Below the pieces are notes generated by a model that was given only the letters and a program-made list of their open reading frames with translations, searched no databases and was not told the origin of the DNA. From the IMG/VR virus record IMGVR_UViG_3300020069_000003, positions 1 through 64,000 of that record: DNA of 64,000 nucleotides; one strand, written 5' to 3'. This DNA comes from a virus (lineage: Duplodnaviria; Caudoviricetes). Position numbers and translations under genes: made by a program. Below are positions 37,084 to 46,785 of this stretch, in pieces. Within the stretch, counting starts at the first letter, position 1; each line of letters opens with the position of its first letter.

Positions 37084-37369
37084 GAAGACGGCGCAGCTGA
37101 AGCGGGAGAGACGGGAGGCTGAGGCCGCCCGGCAGGAGGCTAGTATGCAGAAGGCTCGTGTCCAGGCGCAGAATTCCCGGGTCAAGGGGATGGTTGCGCA
37201 GCTGGCTCGCAACCGGGACGCCGACCAGCTGGCGGGCCGTATACAGACTGCCTTCCAGCACAAGTGGGCGGCAGACGCCAGCCGTACCGTCGGCAAAGTC
37301 AACTCTTTCGCGCAGGAGCTGACTGCGGAGGCCGACAGGAGGCGCGAGGGAGGTCCAGCACATGACTGA
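37064..37369 (+). CDS. basic coiled-coil protein of the lysis-type cluster
   Basis: Overlaps both neighbours. Confidence 0.6.
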   Translation: MRLWQSRKTAQLKRERREAEAARQEASMQKARVQAQNSRVKGMVAQLARNRDADQLAGRIQTAFQHKWAADASRTVGKVNSFAQELTAEADRRREGGPAHD

Positions 37370-37760
37370 GTCCGACAACTTGGCAACCGTGGGCAGCCAG
37401 CTGGCGCAGGAGGTGCGGGGTCTGTCCCAGCGGCTTCGCCTGTTGAAGCGTCTGACGATAGGCTTGGCGATCAGCTTCGCGATCGACCTCACCATCACCG
37501 CGATCTTGGCTACCGTGGTGAACGACCAGCGGAACACCGACCGCCGCCTGCAACAGGCACTGTCTCAGAACTACACCACCTCCCAGCAGCAGCAGCAGTT
37601 GCGGACCGAGAACCTGTGTCCGCTGTACCAGCTGCTGATCGGGCTGGCAGACGATCCGGTACGCCCTCCGAATCAGACTGCTGAGCAGCTGGCGAACACG
37701 GCGAAGGCCTCCGCCGCCCTGCACAAGCAGTACGCCCGGCTGAGGTGTTCGAGTCCCTGA
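37362..37760 (+). CDS. membrane protein (single TM, C-terminal Cys pair)
   Basis: TM LTIGLAISFAIDLTITAIL; LCP...LRC. Confidence 0.65.
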   Translation: MTESDNLATVGSQLAQEVRGLSQRLRLLKRLTIGLAISFAIDLTITAILATVVNDQRNTDRRLQQALSQNYTTSQQQQQLRTENLCPLYQLLIGLADDPVRPPNQTAEQLANTAKASAALHKQYARLRCSSP

Positions 37761-37803
37761 CCCGGTATAGCCAGGGTGTCAATCCTTGTGCTACCATACA
37801 GGT

Positions 37804-38085
37804 ATGGACAGCCCCACTGAAACACCCGTGAGCAACGCCTCATTCGGCAAAGCTATCGGCGTGCACTTCACGACGGCTTCCCGCTATCGCAATGGGGAGC
37901 GGGTGCCGTCCATCGACGTGGCACGCAAGATCGTCCAGGCGTACGACCTGGACCTGAACGAGATGACCGAGGCGATGGCCGGTGGCCGGGAGACGTTCGG
38001 CCACTACATCCGCATGCACGTCTTCGGTCCCGAACCCGCCGTCGATCTCAACGAGGACGGCACCGAGAGAAAGGCAGCCGCATGA
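37804..38085 (+). CDS. XRE-family HTH regulator
   Basis: FGKAIGVHFTTASRYRNGERVPS..ARKI. Confidence 0.85.
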   Translation: MDSPTETPVSNASFGKAIGVHFTTASRYRNGERVPSIDVARKIVQAYDLDLNEMTEAMAGGRETFGHYIRMHVFGPEPAVDLNEDGTERKAAA

Positions 38086-38399
38086 CCGTCACCCACATCG
38101 ACCTGCACGAACAGACTCGCCTCGACGTGTCCCGGCGGGCCCTGGAGGCCAGATCGGCGCTGGGTTTCGCCCGTACCCTGATGGCCAAGGCCGGGTACCT
38201 GCAGACCCGGTTCGACCAGTACCAGCACCCGGACCGCAAGACCATGGTGGAGACCGGGTACACCTACGGTGAGACCCGGCTGGTGGTCCACATCAGCCGT
38301 GGGGGGTCTTTCGAGCAACCGCCGGTCGACGTCCGTCTGGTCGGCGGCGAGTCTCAGAATCGGCTGCTGAAGGCGTTCGAGAACCTGATCCACGTCTGA
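38082..38399 (+). CDS. hypothetical protein
   Basis: ATGA-coupled. Confidence 0.7.
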   Translation: MTVTHIDLHEQTRLDVSRRALEARSALGFARTLMAKAGYLQTRFDQYQHPDRKTMVETGYTYGETRLVVHISRGGSFEQPPVDVRLVGGESQNRLLKAFENLIHV

Positions 38400-38434
38400 T
38401 CCGGGCGGGGGTGGTGTAGCGGGTTTCGCACTAC

Positions 38435-38463
38435 TTGACAACGGGTCAATAGTAGGATAGACT
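38435..38463 (+). promoter_or_regulatory. promoter TTGACA-17-TAGACT with perfect operator TTGAC-AACGG-GTCAA
   Basis: Direct reading. Confidence 0.75.
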
Positions 38464-38504
38464 GGTCCCCACAAGCCAGGAACACGAAGCTGGGGGTTCA
38501 GGAA

Positions 38505-39125
38505 ATGCCGAAGCTCGAGATCCGCAACTGCAACCCGCTGTTCGCTCTGAACAGCTCCGACGCCGAGAAGATCGCGGCCGAGACCGTGCGGCGCCACTCG
38601 CACCCGCAGCAGGCGGCCGAGGCCACCGACAAGGCCCGCAACTTCGCCTTGTCGCTGCTGGGCAGCCGCGAGCACAGCCTGTCCGAGGCGCCAATCGTGT
38701 CGGCGCTGCAGTCCGGGTCGTACGTCTCGGCCCGCGACTGCAGCCGCCTGATCGACTCGCTGAAGCCGCTGCCGTACAAGGCTCGCCCGGCGGTGTCCGC
38801 CCCCAAGACCACCAAGGTCGGCGACGGGTTCTATCTGCTGCCCGACCCGGACGGCGAGTTCTCCTCCTATGTGAAGGTGCAGGAGGCCCGCAACGGCAGC
38901 GGTCGGCTGTACGCCAAGCGCTGGGACGGCGAGCACTGGCAGTACGAGCCGGGCCTGGTCTACAAGATCACCCCCGAGATGACGCTGACCGCCGAGCAGG
39001 CGAAGGCGTGGGGCAAGCTGTACGGAAACTGCATCTACTGCAGCCGCGACCTGACCGACGACCGCAGCATCACCGCCGGTTACGGCCCCATCTGCGCCGA
39101 GAAGCGCGGACTGCCCTGGGGCTGA
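38505..39125 (+). CDS. DUF6011-like Zn-finger protein
   Basis: CIYCSRDLTDDRSITAGYGPIC. Confidence 0.8.
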   Translation: MPKLEIRNCNPLFALNSSDAEKIAAETVRRHSHPQQAAEATDKARNFALSLLGSREHSLSEAPIVSALQSGSYVSARDCSRLIDSLKPLPYKARPAVSAPKTTKVGDGFYLLPDPDGEFSSYVKVQEARNGSGRLYAKRWDGEHWQYEPGLVYKITPEMTLTAEQAKAWGKLYGNCIYCSRDLTDDRSITAGYGPICAEKRGLPWG

Positions 39126-39168
39126 GCACAGACCGCCGGGCCCGGACTGCAGACGGGCCCGGCTCCAC

Positions 39169-39303
39169 GGACCAGAAATCGGATGCGTCAAGCCCGTTCA
39201 AACCGGGCGTCCCCTCGGACGGGGTGTGGGGTTCGATTCCCCTTGATGTCGGCACAAAAAGGGCGGCGGCCCGCGCGCAGGTTCGAGTCCTGCCTGGTCC
39301 ACT
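39169..39303 (+). ncRNA. tRNA-like structured RNA with three T-loop hairpins
   Basis: GGACCAG/CTGGTCC 7-bp closing stem stacked on GCAGG-TTCGAGT-CCTGC; internal GCCCG-TTCAAAC-CGGGC and GGGG-TTCGATT-CCCC. Confidence 0.6.
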
Positions 39304-39343
39304 CGATATGCAAACAACGTATATACAAACGGAAGGCGTAGAC

Positions 39344-40117
39344 GTGAGCGACGAGAAGATGACCGACCCGGGGGACCCGTACGGCTGGATCGCGGCGGTG
39401 GAGCGCCACCCGGACCCGCAGGAGTGGTCGCACGCCGACCCCGAGGGCACGAACGGACCGAACGGAGAGCCCGCCCCGGCCACGGTCGAGAACACCCAGG
39501 GCGAGCAGGTCCCGGTGTCCAGCGGACCGTACGTGGCGGTGACCCCGTCGAACTCGCTGTCCCCCACGGACGTGTTCCACGACGCGGTGGCCACGGTGCT
39601 TCCGAACGGCACGCTGCTGGTGACGCTGCCCGGCCGTACCGTTCCGCTGAAGGGGTACGCCCCCGGCTCCTGGCTGACTTTCGAGCACGTCGGTGCCGAC
39701 TACTTCCGCAAGCCCGTCCGCTACACCCCGCCCACCCCTGCCGAGCGCAAGAACGAGATTCTGCGCGAGGACGCGCGCCGCAGGCAGGACCGGCCTACCG
39801 TCCCTTCGGAGATGCTGGACCTGCACGGTTACTCCACCGACGACGTCCTGACCCACCCGCAACGCCGCCAGCCGCCGACGCTGGAGCAGGACGCCGACGA
39901 GGACACCGCCGACGTGAAGTCGTTCGAGCAGATCGCGGATGAGAGGGCGGGGGTGGTGCAGGGCCCAAAAGCCCGTGGCGTCCGACCGGACGCGGGGTAC
40001 GACGGGCACCCGGACCGACCCGCTACCGGCGCCCCCGGCGAGACCGAGGAGAAAACCCCCGGTCGACTCCGGTCGCTGTGGCAGTCGCTGATGAGCCCGG
40101 ACTGGTCCGAGGACTGA
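39344..40117 (+). CDS. hypothetical protein (alternative start 39308)
   Basis: GGAAGG SD, GC3-rich codons. Confidence 0.7.
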   Translation: MSDEKMTDPGDPYGWIAAVERHPDPQEWSHADPEGTNGPNGEPAPATVENTQGEQVPVSSGPYVAVTPSNSLSPTDVFHDAVATVLPNGTLLVTLPGRTVPLKGYAPGSWLTFEHVGADYFRKPVRYTPPTPAERKNEILREDARRRQDRPTVPSEMLDLHGYSTDDVLTHPQRRQPPTLEQDADEDTADVKSFEQIADERAGVVQGPKARGVRPDAGYDGHPDRPATGAPGETEEKTPGRLRSLWQSLMSPDWSED

Positions 40118-40234
40118 CCGCCGCGTTCCGACCGAAGTACGGACCGACCTCCTACACCCCCACCAAGCTCTACCCCCGCACCACTGTCATACCTACCCGA
40201 TAGGATACGCACCACCGACTGAAAGGCATCAGAG

Positions 40235-40945
40235 ATGAACGCCGTCAAAGAGCACCGGCCCGTGGAGTCCTTCGAGCTGAACGGTAAGTGGTGCGCTCCG
40301 TGCGCCTGCGGCGAGAAGTTCACCGCCCCCTCCCCCAGCGGGGCGTACGTCAAGTGCCAGAAGCACGTGAAGAAGTACGAGTCGACAACCGACCAGACCC
40401 CCACCACCTCCGCCCCGGCACGCGCCAAGATCTGCGGCTGCGGCTGCGGCGAGGCGCTGGCGGTGCGGGCGGGCGGGCTGTTCCGGTCCGGCCACGACGC
40501 CCGGTTCAAGTCGATCCTGACCCAGGCGCACGCGTCCGGCGACCCGGTCCGCCACCCCATGACCGGCGAGCCGGGTGAGGCGATCGAGATCGCAAGCTGG
40601 CTGGACGAGCGTCGCGGTGGCGGCAGCTTCTGGCGCGACAAGGTGCTGGCCGGTCACCGCCCCCAGCCGGAGCGGCGGGCGCCCCGGGCGGCGGCCGTCC
40701 AGGACAGCCAGGCCCGCACCCAGGCCAGCATCGCCCGAGTGGATGCGATCATGCAGTTCCAGGCCACCCGCCGCCCCGCGTCCGGGGACGTCGGGGTGGT
40801 GAATCTCCGATCGGGTCGGTTCGGGGCCCAGGTCCTGCGCAGGCAGGGCAACGAGAACCTGCAGATCCGCCTGTTGGAGGGTTCCGCGCGTGGACAGGAG
40901 ATCGTGGTCGCGGACACCAAGTTCACGAAGTCGGGGAAGAAGTAA
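40235..40945 (+). CDS. Cys-rich protein (CGCGCG...FxxGHDAR motif)
   Basis: CACG...C and CGCGCG...GHD motifs. Confidence 0.75.
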   Translation: MNAVKEHRPVESFELNGKWCAPCACGEKFTAPSPSGAYVKCQKHVKKYESTTDQTPTTSAPARAKICGCGCGEALAVRAGGLFRSGHDARFKSILTQAHASGDPVRHPMTGEPGEAIEIASWLDERRGGGSFWRDKVLAGHRPQPERRAPRAAAVQDSQARTQASIARVDAIMQFQATRRPASGDVGVVNLRSGRFGAQVLRRQGNENLQIRLLEGSARGQEIVVADTKFTKSGKK

Positions 40946-40969
40946 CCGAGCGAGAGGCTAGGGAAACGC

Positions 40970-41851
40970 GTGGCAACAGCAGGCAAGATCACGGTGTCGT
41001 GGAGTGAAGTCGACGCCTACCGCCAGTGCCCCCACAAGCACGACCTGACGTACAAACAGCGGTGGGTGGGCAAGACCACCAGCAAGTCCCTGTCCATCGG
41101 GTCGCTGTACCACAAGGTGATGGAGGGACACTATCGGTCGCTGATGGAGCGGCCCGGAGACCTGATCTCGGCCCGGCTGGCGGCCGAGCAGTGGCTGACC
41201 GAGTGGTCGGCCGACTGGGGCGGTGAGGACAACGAGTTCGCCGAGCTGGTCTGGTGGATGTACGACGGGTACGTGCAGAAGTGGGGTTCGGACGAGGATT
41301 GGGACATCCGGGGGGTGGAGCAGAAGCTGGAGGTCCCGATTCTGACCGCCCAGGGACGTCCCAGCCGGTTCAACCTGAAGATGCAGATCGACCTGATCGT
41401 GCGCATCCGGTCGATGAAGAACAAGCTGGCGATCGTGGACCACAAGTCCGGGGCCGAGCTGCCCAAGCGCAAGAACCTGGACATGGCCGACCAGTTCGCA
41501 CTCTACATCTGGGGCATGCGCCAGCTGAAGCATCCGGTGTTCATGGGCATCTGGAACGCTGCCCGAACCAGGCGGCTCAAGACCAAGGAGTCGCCGCTGG
41601 ACGAGCGCTTCTCCCGCGAGCCGCTGGCCCGCACCGACCACGAGCTGGATGTGATCGTGCGGGAGGCCTACGACACCTTCCGCAAGGCCTACGCCGCCAA
41701 GGCGGTCGCCGAGCGGCATCCGGACGCCGACACCTGCACCTGGAAGTGCGGGTTCCTGGACGCCTGTCTACTCGGTCGCAAGACCGACGCCGGGCGCGAG
41801 CGTCAGTTCCTGCTGGACACCGGCTACATCCAAGACGACACCCGCCACTGA
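40970..41851 (+). CDS. PD-(D/E)xK exonuclease (Cas4/RecB-like)
   Basis: SWSEVDAYRQCP, GSLYH, VEQKL, QIDLIV, IVDHKSG, QFALY, CTWKCGFLDAC. Confidence 0.85.
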   Translation: MATAGKITVSWSEVDAYRQCPHKHDLTYKQRWVGKTTSKSLSIGSLYHKVMEGHYRSLMERPGDLISARLAAEQWLTEWSADWGGEDNEFAELVWWMYDGYVQKWGSDEDWDIRGVEQKLEVPILTAQGRPSRFNLKMQIDLIVRIRSMKNKLAIVDHKSGAELPKRKNLDMADQFALYIWGMRQLKHPVFMGIWNAARTRRLKTKESPLDERFSREPLARTDHELDVIVREAYDTFRKAYAAKAVAERHPDADTCTWKCGFLDACLLGRKTDAGRERQFLLDTGYIQDDTRH

Positions 41852-41860
41852 GGGGACACC

Positions 41861-42046
41861 GTGATCTACGTGCGACACAGGCACCACGTCTACGCGTGGC
41901 AGCTGCCGTTCATCGGTCTGTGGTACATCCTGGCCGGGTGCGCGTGGATCACGGTGTGGAGCGCGGTGTGGTGCTACGAGGTGTATGTCGGGGCTACCTA
42001 CCGGGCGTACAAGACCACGCGCGGCCTGTTCGGCTGGCCCAGATAG
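41861..42046 (+). CDS. small membrane protein
   Basis: GAGGGG SD; hydrophobic aromatic helix. Confidence 0.55.
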   Translation: MIYVRHRHHVYAWQLPFIGLWYILAGCAWITVWSAVWCYEVYVGATYRAYKTTRGLFGWPR

Positions 42047-42151
42047 ACAGGCTGCCCGGCGGTGTGGGACGATAGCCGGGCGGTGCAGTACCCACCGTGT
42101 TCCCAGAGGGCAGCCCGTCTGCGGGGTCCACTGTCAGGGACAGGTCGGGGT

Positions 42152-42289
42152 GGTGGCAGATGGACTGTGGAGCTGAATCCCTCCGCAGTTCTGAGTACAG
42201 GCGGCTTTCCGCCGGTGTCGGTTCTAGGTTCATCTCCCGACGCCGGTGTCTTTCCCGTCGCTAAGCCGGTTGGATTCCGGCTGCCACCC
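42152..42289 (+). ncRNA. candidate tRNA-like structured RNA
   Basis: GGTGGCA/TGCCACC stem stacked on GCCGG-TTGGATT-CCGGC; three internal hairpins; intergenic. Confidence 0.4.
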
Positions 42290-42355
42290 CGGCCGCACAA
42301 AGCAGACAGAAGAGAATAAAACAGAAACCAACATCAACCAACAAGAGAGAACAGA

Positions 42356-43294
42356 GTGGAACAACCGAACAAGTACAACCAGTCGCTGGACGACATGGCC
42401 GAGTACCTGAACATCCTGTACTACGGCGACCCCGGGTCGGGCAAGACCTCCGCCGCCGCCGCCATGGCTCATCTCGGTACGGTCTACCTGCTGGACGTCG
42501 AGTCCGGCGCCAAGAAAAAGCCGCTGCGCAAGCTGGGTATCCCGGTCCAGCGGATCCGGCCGGTGACGATCGCCTGCTACAAGGACATCGACGACTTCTA
42601 CTGGTACCTCAAGCAGGAGCTGGAGGACGGCGCCGACGTCGCGGGCGTGGTGTTCGACTCGATCACCGAGATCCACGATACCCTGATCGCCGAGCAGGTG
42701 GGCGTTCGGCACGCCAAGGCTGTGAAGAAGGTCACCGCGCGCGACGGGTCCCTGATCCAGGACGTCGACGACAACGAGTTCCTAGTCGAACTCCCCGAGC
42801 GCGGCATCGTGACTGAGCAGCTGCGCCGGATCACCCGCCGGTTCCGCGATCTGCCGTGCCACACCGCGTTCACCGCGCTGGCCAAGCGCGACGTCGACGC
42901 GAACGGGGAGGGGGTGGTGTATCTGCCCCAGCTCCCGCCGAAGTTCGGCACCCAGCTGCGCGGTTTCGTGGACGTGGTCGGATACTGCTCGAAGGCCCCG
43001 TCGATCGATGACGCGTCCGGGTACCTGGGTGTGTTCCGGGACGTGGGCAAGTACAAGGGCAAGGACCGCCTGGGCGGTCTGCCGGTGGTGATGGCGGATC
43101 CGTCGTTCCACCGGGTGAACCAGGTGATCTTCGAGGAGCTGGACCTGGGGTCCGACCCCACCCAGTCCCGGTACCTGGACCGGATCCAGGCCTCGCGCAC
43201 GCCGGACCCGGCGCCGGAGGAACCCACCGGCCCGCAGCCGGAGAAGTTCGACGAGAACCAGCCCGCCGACGACCAGGAGTCGGCTGCCGCATAG
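42356..43294 (+). CDS. AAA ATPase (AAA_24/Sak4-like)
   Basis: GDPGSGKT, LLDVESG, VFDSITE, GKDR. Confidence 0.85.
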   Translation: MEQPNKYNQSLDDMAEYLNILYYGDPGSGKTSAAAAMAHLGTVYLLDVESGAKKKPLRKLGIPVQRIRPVTIACYKDIDDFYWYLKQELEDGADVAGVVFDSITEIHDTLIAEQVGVRHAKAVKKVTARDGSLIQDVDDNEFLVELPERGIVTEQLRRITRRFRDLPCHTAFTALAKRDVDANGEGVVYLPQLPPKFGTQLRGFVDVVGYCSKAPSIDDASGYLGVFRDVGKYKGKDRLGGLPVVMADPSFHRVNQVIFEELDLGSDPTQSRYLDRIQASRTPDPAPEEPTGPQPEKFDENQPADDQESAAA

Positions 43295-43297
43295 GGA

Positions 43298-43327
43298 TTG
43301 ACTCCCTGGCAAGCTGTCAATTACTAT
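43298..43327 (+). promoter_or_regulatory. promoter TTGACT-18-TACTAT with operator TTGAC-TCCCT-GGCAA
   Basis: Direct reading. Confidence 0.65.
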
Positions 43328-43370
43328 GGGGCCAGCAGACGGAACTGGCCGCCGCGAGAGGATACACGAA

Positions 43371-43844
43371 ATGCCCAAGCTGAGCACCGCAACCGCCACC
43401 AAGGTCGAAGAGGCCGAGGACTCCTTCAAGCCGATCCCGGAGGGGATCTACAACGCCGTGCTGGACGGCGAGGTGGAGGTGAAGGACGGCACGAACGGTC
43501 CCTACTGGAAGTGGACCTTCAAGATCACCGAAGAGGGCTACGAGGGCCGCCAGCAGTGGCTGAACACGTCGCTGTCGGAGAAGGCGCTGTGGAAGCTGAA
43601 GGAGGTCTTCGAGGCCTTCGGCTACCCGGCCGACACCAACACCGACGACCTGATCGGCAAGCCGGTCAAGCTGATGATCGTTCAGAAGATCATCGACGGC
43701 GGCACCCGCAAGGGAGACACCGGCAACGACATCCGGCAGGTCCTGCCGCACAACCAGGCCACGACCGACGCCCCGGCGGCGTCCGGTGGCGCCAAGGCCA
43801 AGTCGAAGGCCAAGACCGCCGAGGAAGACGTCCCGCTGTTCTAG
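43371..43844 (+). CDS. single-stranded DNA-binding protein (DUF669-like)
   Basis: FKPIPEGIY, YWKWTFKI, DLIGKPV; acidic C-terminus EEDVPLF. Confidence 0.8.
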   Translation: MPKLSTATATKVEEAEDSFKPIPEGIYNAVLDGEVEVKDGTNGPYWKWTFKITEEGYEGRQQWLNTSLSEKALWKLKEVFEAFGYPADTNTDDLIGKPVKLMIVQKIIDGGTRKGDTGNDIRQVLPHNQATTDAPAASGGAKAKSKAKTAEEDVPLF

Positions 43845-43865
43845 ACGCGCGGGCGTAGAAACACC

Positions 43866-43904
43866 GCAGCCCCCGCCGTTCCCGTATCGGACGGCGGGGG
43901 CTGC
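43866..43904 (+). terminator. 14-bp hairpin
   Basis: GCAGCCCCCGCCGT / ACGGCGGGGGCTGC. Confidence 0.6.
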
Positions 43905-43958
43905 CCTATCTCCGATACACTCGGGCCTAGTCTCTCCAACAATTAAGCGGGTGGGCGT

Positions 43959-46421
43959 GTGCGTAACGAGCGGGTAGAGCAGCAGTGGCTGGAGCTGTTC
44001 GAGCAGGGGGTCTGGGTGTTCCCCCTGCCCGCTGGAGGAAAGAACCCTGGGGATCTGGGGGTGAAGTGGCAGAAAACCTGGGTCGAGAAGGGGCGCAACC
44101 CCTGGCCCCAGCTGGCTGCCGCGCAGTTCGACGCCGAGGGGCTGTGGATGGCCTGCGGTCAGGTGTCCAAGCGGGTGGTGCTGGACATCGACAAGCCCGA
44201 GGCCGGAGAGTACTGGCGAGACAAGATCGGGGCCAAGGTCTACGACCGGGCACTGCGGGTCACCACTGGCAAGGGCTACCACCTGCACTTCCGCATCCCG
44301 CCGGACGACGCCCGCGAGTGGCCCAGCCACTCCGATAACGAACTGGGGTACGACCTGCGGGGGGACGGGGGTGGTGTAGTGATCCCGCCGTCCGTACACG
44401 CTTCCGGACGTACGTACGAGTGGGCGGGCGGCGAGCTGCTCGACGTCCCGGAGGCCCTACGCCACCCCACCCGCGCGACTGCGTCCAACGTTAAATCACT
44501 GGACCGGGCGCGGGAGAAGCGGGAGCCGGGCAGCACGCTCACCGGCCTGCTGGCGGATCCGCCTAGCGAGGGCGGACGCAACAACTGGCTGACCAAGGTG
44601 GGCGGGCATCTGGCCAAGCTGTGGCCGGGCCCGATGCAGGACGCTTATCTGCAGCTGATGCAGTACATCGGCCAGAATCTGCCGGACCCGATGGACGACG
44701 GCGAGATGGCCAAGACCGCCGAGTCGGTGTGGGATCGGGAGAAGAACCACTCGGGTGTCCTGTCGCACGAGGCAGAGTCGGGCTGGCTGGCCGGTCGCGA
44801 CGGCAAGCTGTACACGCGTCGCAAGGGCGAGGACGGCAACATTCACGTGGTCGAGTGGGCAGACTTCGACGTCAAGGCCAGGCGGGTGGTGCAGGAGCAG
44901 GAAGAACGGGTGTTCTATGTCGACATCCACACCGCCCACACCACCTACCTCAACGAGCCCCTGCGGGCGGAGGTACTCGGCAGCATCAACCGCCTGAACG
45001 TCTGGCTGGCGGCTCACCACATCGGCATCGTGGGCCACCCGCAGGACCTGTGCAAGGTGGCGTACGGTACCCGCCTGATCCGCTACCTGCTGGCACAGAA
45101 CCCGGAGGAGGGGCGCATAGCCGATTTCTACGGGCAGCAGGAGGACGGCTCGTTCCTTACGCCGAACGGGCTGATCGAGGAGGGTGGTGTGACGCCCCAC
45201 CGGACGGTGGTACCGGCGGCCCATCTGTCCGGCTGGGTAGGGTACCACTACGGGACCTGCCCCAAGGACGAGGCGGTGGAGGTGCTGCGCGAGGTGCTGA
45301 CTTTCCAGGAGGAGACTGCCGCCTCGGTGTTCGGCGCCTGGTGGGCGATGTCGATTCTGAAGGGGCGCTACCCGGCCTCTCTGTTCCCGTTCATGCTGCT
45401 GGAGGCGGGTTCGGAGTCGGGCAAGACCACCGGGTTCTTCGCCATGATGGTGGCGCTGGCAGGCTCGCGGGACGGCGCGGGCCAGCACACCCCCGCCAGC
45501 TTCCGTGACGCCGTTGCCGCCCACCGCAACGGTATCGCGTGGCTGGACGACCTGACCGACGTGTCCGGCGGGCAGGTGGTGGACATCATCCGACAGGCTA
45601 CGTCGGAGGGCACCCGGGGCAAGAAAGGCCAGGACTCTAGGAAGACCGAGCGGGTGTCTCTGCTGTCTCCTATCCTGGTGTCGGGCGAGGGCTCGGGCAC
45701 GATGATGTCTGAGAAGGCGATGCACGACCGGGCGGTAAAGCTGACGTTCGAGTCCCCCAAGGGGCGCCGGTCGCTGCGGGATCCGGACCGCCCCCAGTGG
45801 GACGACGTGGTGGCCCTGACGGCGCGGTACGGGGGCCACACGTCCGGCCTCACAGCGGTGGCCGGTACCCTCGTGGCCCAGGTGCTGTCCGAGACCCCCC
45901 GTTTGTCTCTCCTGGCCTCTCTGCGGCCAGCGGGAGCCGGGCGGCACGCGGACAAGATGGCGATTCTTCGGATGGGTGCCCGCATCCTGGCGGCGGTGAC
46001 CGGTGACGAGGACCACGTGAAGCGGGTGGACGACTGGGTGGAGACCCAGGTGGATACCGGCGCGGCGAACCTGGCGGTGAATGTGATCATCCCGTGGGCG
46101 CTGCGCAGCGCAGGGGGTGGTGTACCGGTCTCGGCCCGGATGTGGCAGCCGGTGTACCTGGATGAGCGCTCCGGGGTTATCTGGGTGTCCATCCCCCGGC
46201 TGGCGGACGCCTGGCACAACCGGCAGAACCTGTCGGCTCGGGAGCGCCAGCTGGGGACGGAGGAGGCCATCCGTACCGAGCTGCGGGCGGTGGTGGGGGA
46301 CACCTTGGGCAAGACCAAGCACGTGGACGCCGAGGGCACGAAGAAGCGGTACGTGGCGCTCCCAGTGGAGCTGACCGGGACCGTCCTGGAACGGGCGGGT
46401 GTGGACGTAGACGAAGACTGA
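43959..46421 (+). CDS. bifunctional primase-polymerase fused to a helicase-like P-loop domain
   Basis: VLDID, TTGKGYHLHF, DLRGDGGGVVIPPSVH; PriCT-like EGGRNNWL; AGSESGKT and AWLDD. Confidence 0.88.
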   Translation: MRNERVEQQWLELFEQGVWVFPLPAGGKNPGDLGVKWQKTWVEKGRNPWPQLAAAQFDAEGLWMACGQVSKRVVLDIDKPEAGEYWRDKIGAKVYDRALRVTTGKGYHLHFRIPPDDAREWPSHSDNELGYDLRGDGGGVVIPPSVHASGRTYEWAGGELLDVPEALRHPTRATASNVKSLDRAREKREPGSTLTGLLADPPSEGGRNNWLTKVGGHLAKLWPGPMQDAYLQLMQYIGQNLPDPMDDGEMAKTAESVWDREKNHSGVLSHEAESGWLAGRDGKLYTRRKGEDGNIHVVEWADFDVKARRVVQEQEERVFYVDIHTAHTTYLNEPLRAEVLGSINRLNVWLAAHHIGIVGHPQDLCKVAYGTRLIRYLLAQNPEEGRIADFYGQQEDGSFLTPNGLIEEGGVTPHRTVVPAAHLSGWVGYHYGTCPKDEAVEVLREVLTFQEETAASVFGAWWAMSILKGRYPASLFPFMLLEAGSESGKTTGFFAMMVALAGSRDGAGQHTPASFRDAVAAHRNGIAWLDDLTDVSGGQVVDIIRQATSEGTRGKKGQDSRKTERVSLLSPILVSGEGSGTMMSEKAMHDRAVKLTFESPKGRRSLRDPDRPQWDDVVALTARYGGHTSGLTAVAGTLVAQVLSETPRLSLLASLRPAGAGRHADKMAILRMGARILAAVTGDEDHVKRVDDWVETQVDTGAANLAVNVIIPWALRSAGGGVPVSARMWQPVYLDERSGVIWVSIPRLADAWHNRQNLSARERQLGTEEAIRTELRAVVGDTLGKTKHVDAEGTKKRYVALPVELTGTVLERAGVDVDED

Positions 46422-46431
46422 TCCCGGCCCT

Positions 46432-46643
46432 GGAACAGCCGGGTGTGTTCCATGTGCCCCCTCCCTATGTTCCGTTTGCAGCGCGTTACTGTTCTGTAAC
46501 GCGCTGCAACTGTGTTTGGACACCTCATCCTACAATGGAACACACATGGAACATATATCTACTTTAAGAAGGAACATAGGTATGTTCCATGTGCTGCATA
46601 GGGTGTGACCTGCGGTGCGATACATGATGGAACGGGTGGAACA
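46432..46643. repeat. putative replication origin: GGAAC(A) iterons plus 14-bp palindrome
   Basis: About 9 GGAAC(A)/TGTTCC copies in both orientations, an AT-rich tract, and TTGCAGCGCGTTAC/GTAACGCGCTGCAA at 46476-46509. Confidence 0.6.
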
Positions 46644-46785
46644 GTCTCTCGGGGAGAAGCCTCGTGTGTGTGCGCTCTCGGATGAGTGCGTGCGTGCGAT
46701 ATCCCCGGCTTTTTGCGGGAGGTGTTCCATCCCCCCCGGAACGGCCTCCTGGGGGCCCGTTCCCTGGGTTTTATCCGGGCCGGAA

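Noticed and set aside
39169-39303. tmRNA
   Set aside because: Too short, A3:U70 rather than G3:U70, no tag ORF or pseudoknots evident.
40970-41851. CRISPR-associated cas4
   Set aside because: No cas1/cas2 or array; it sits in a typical nuclease-AAA-SSB recombination module.
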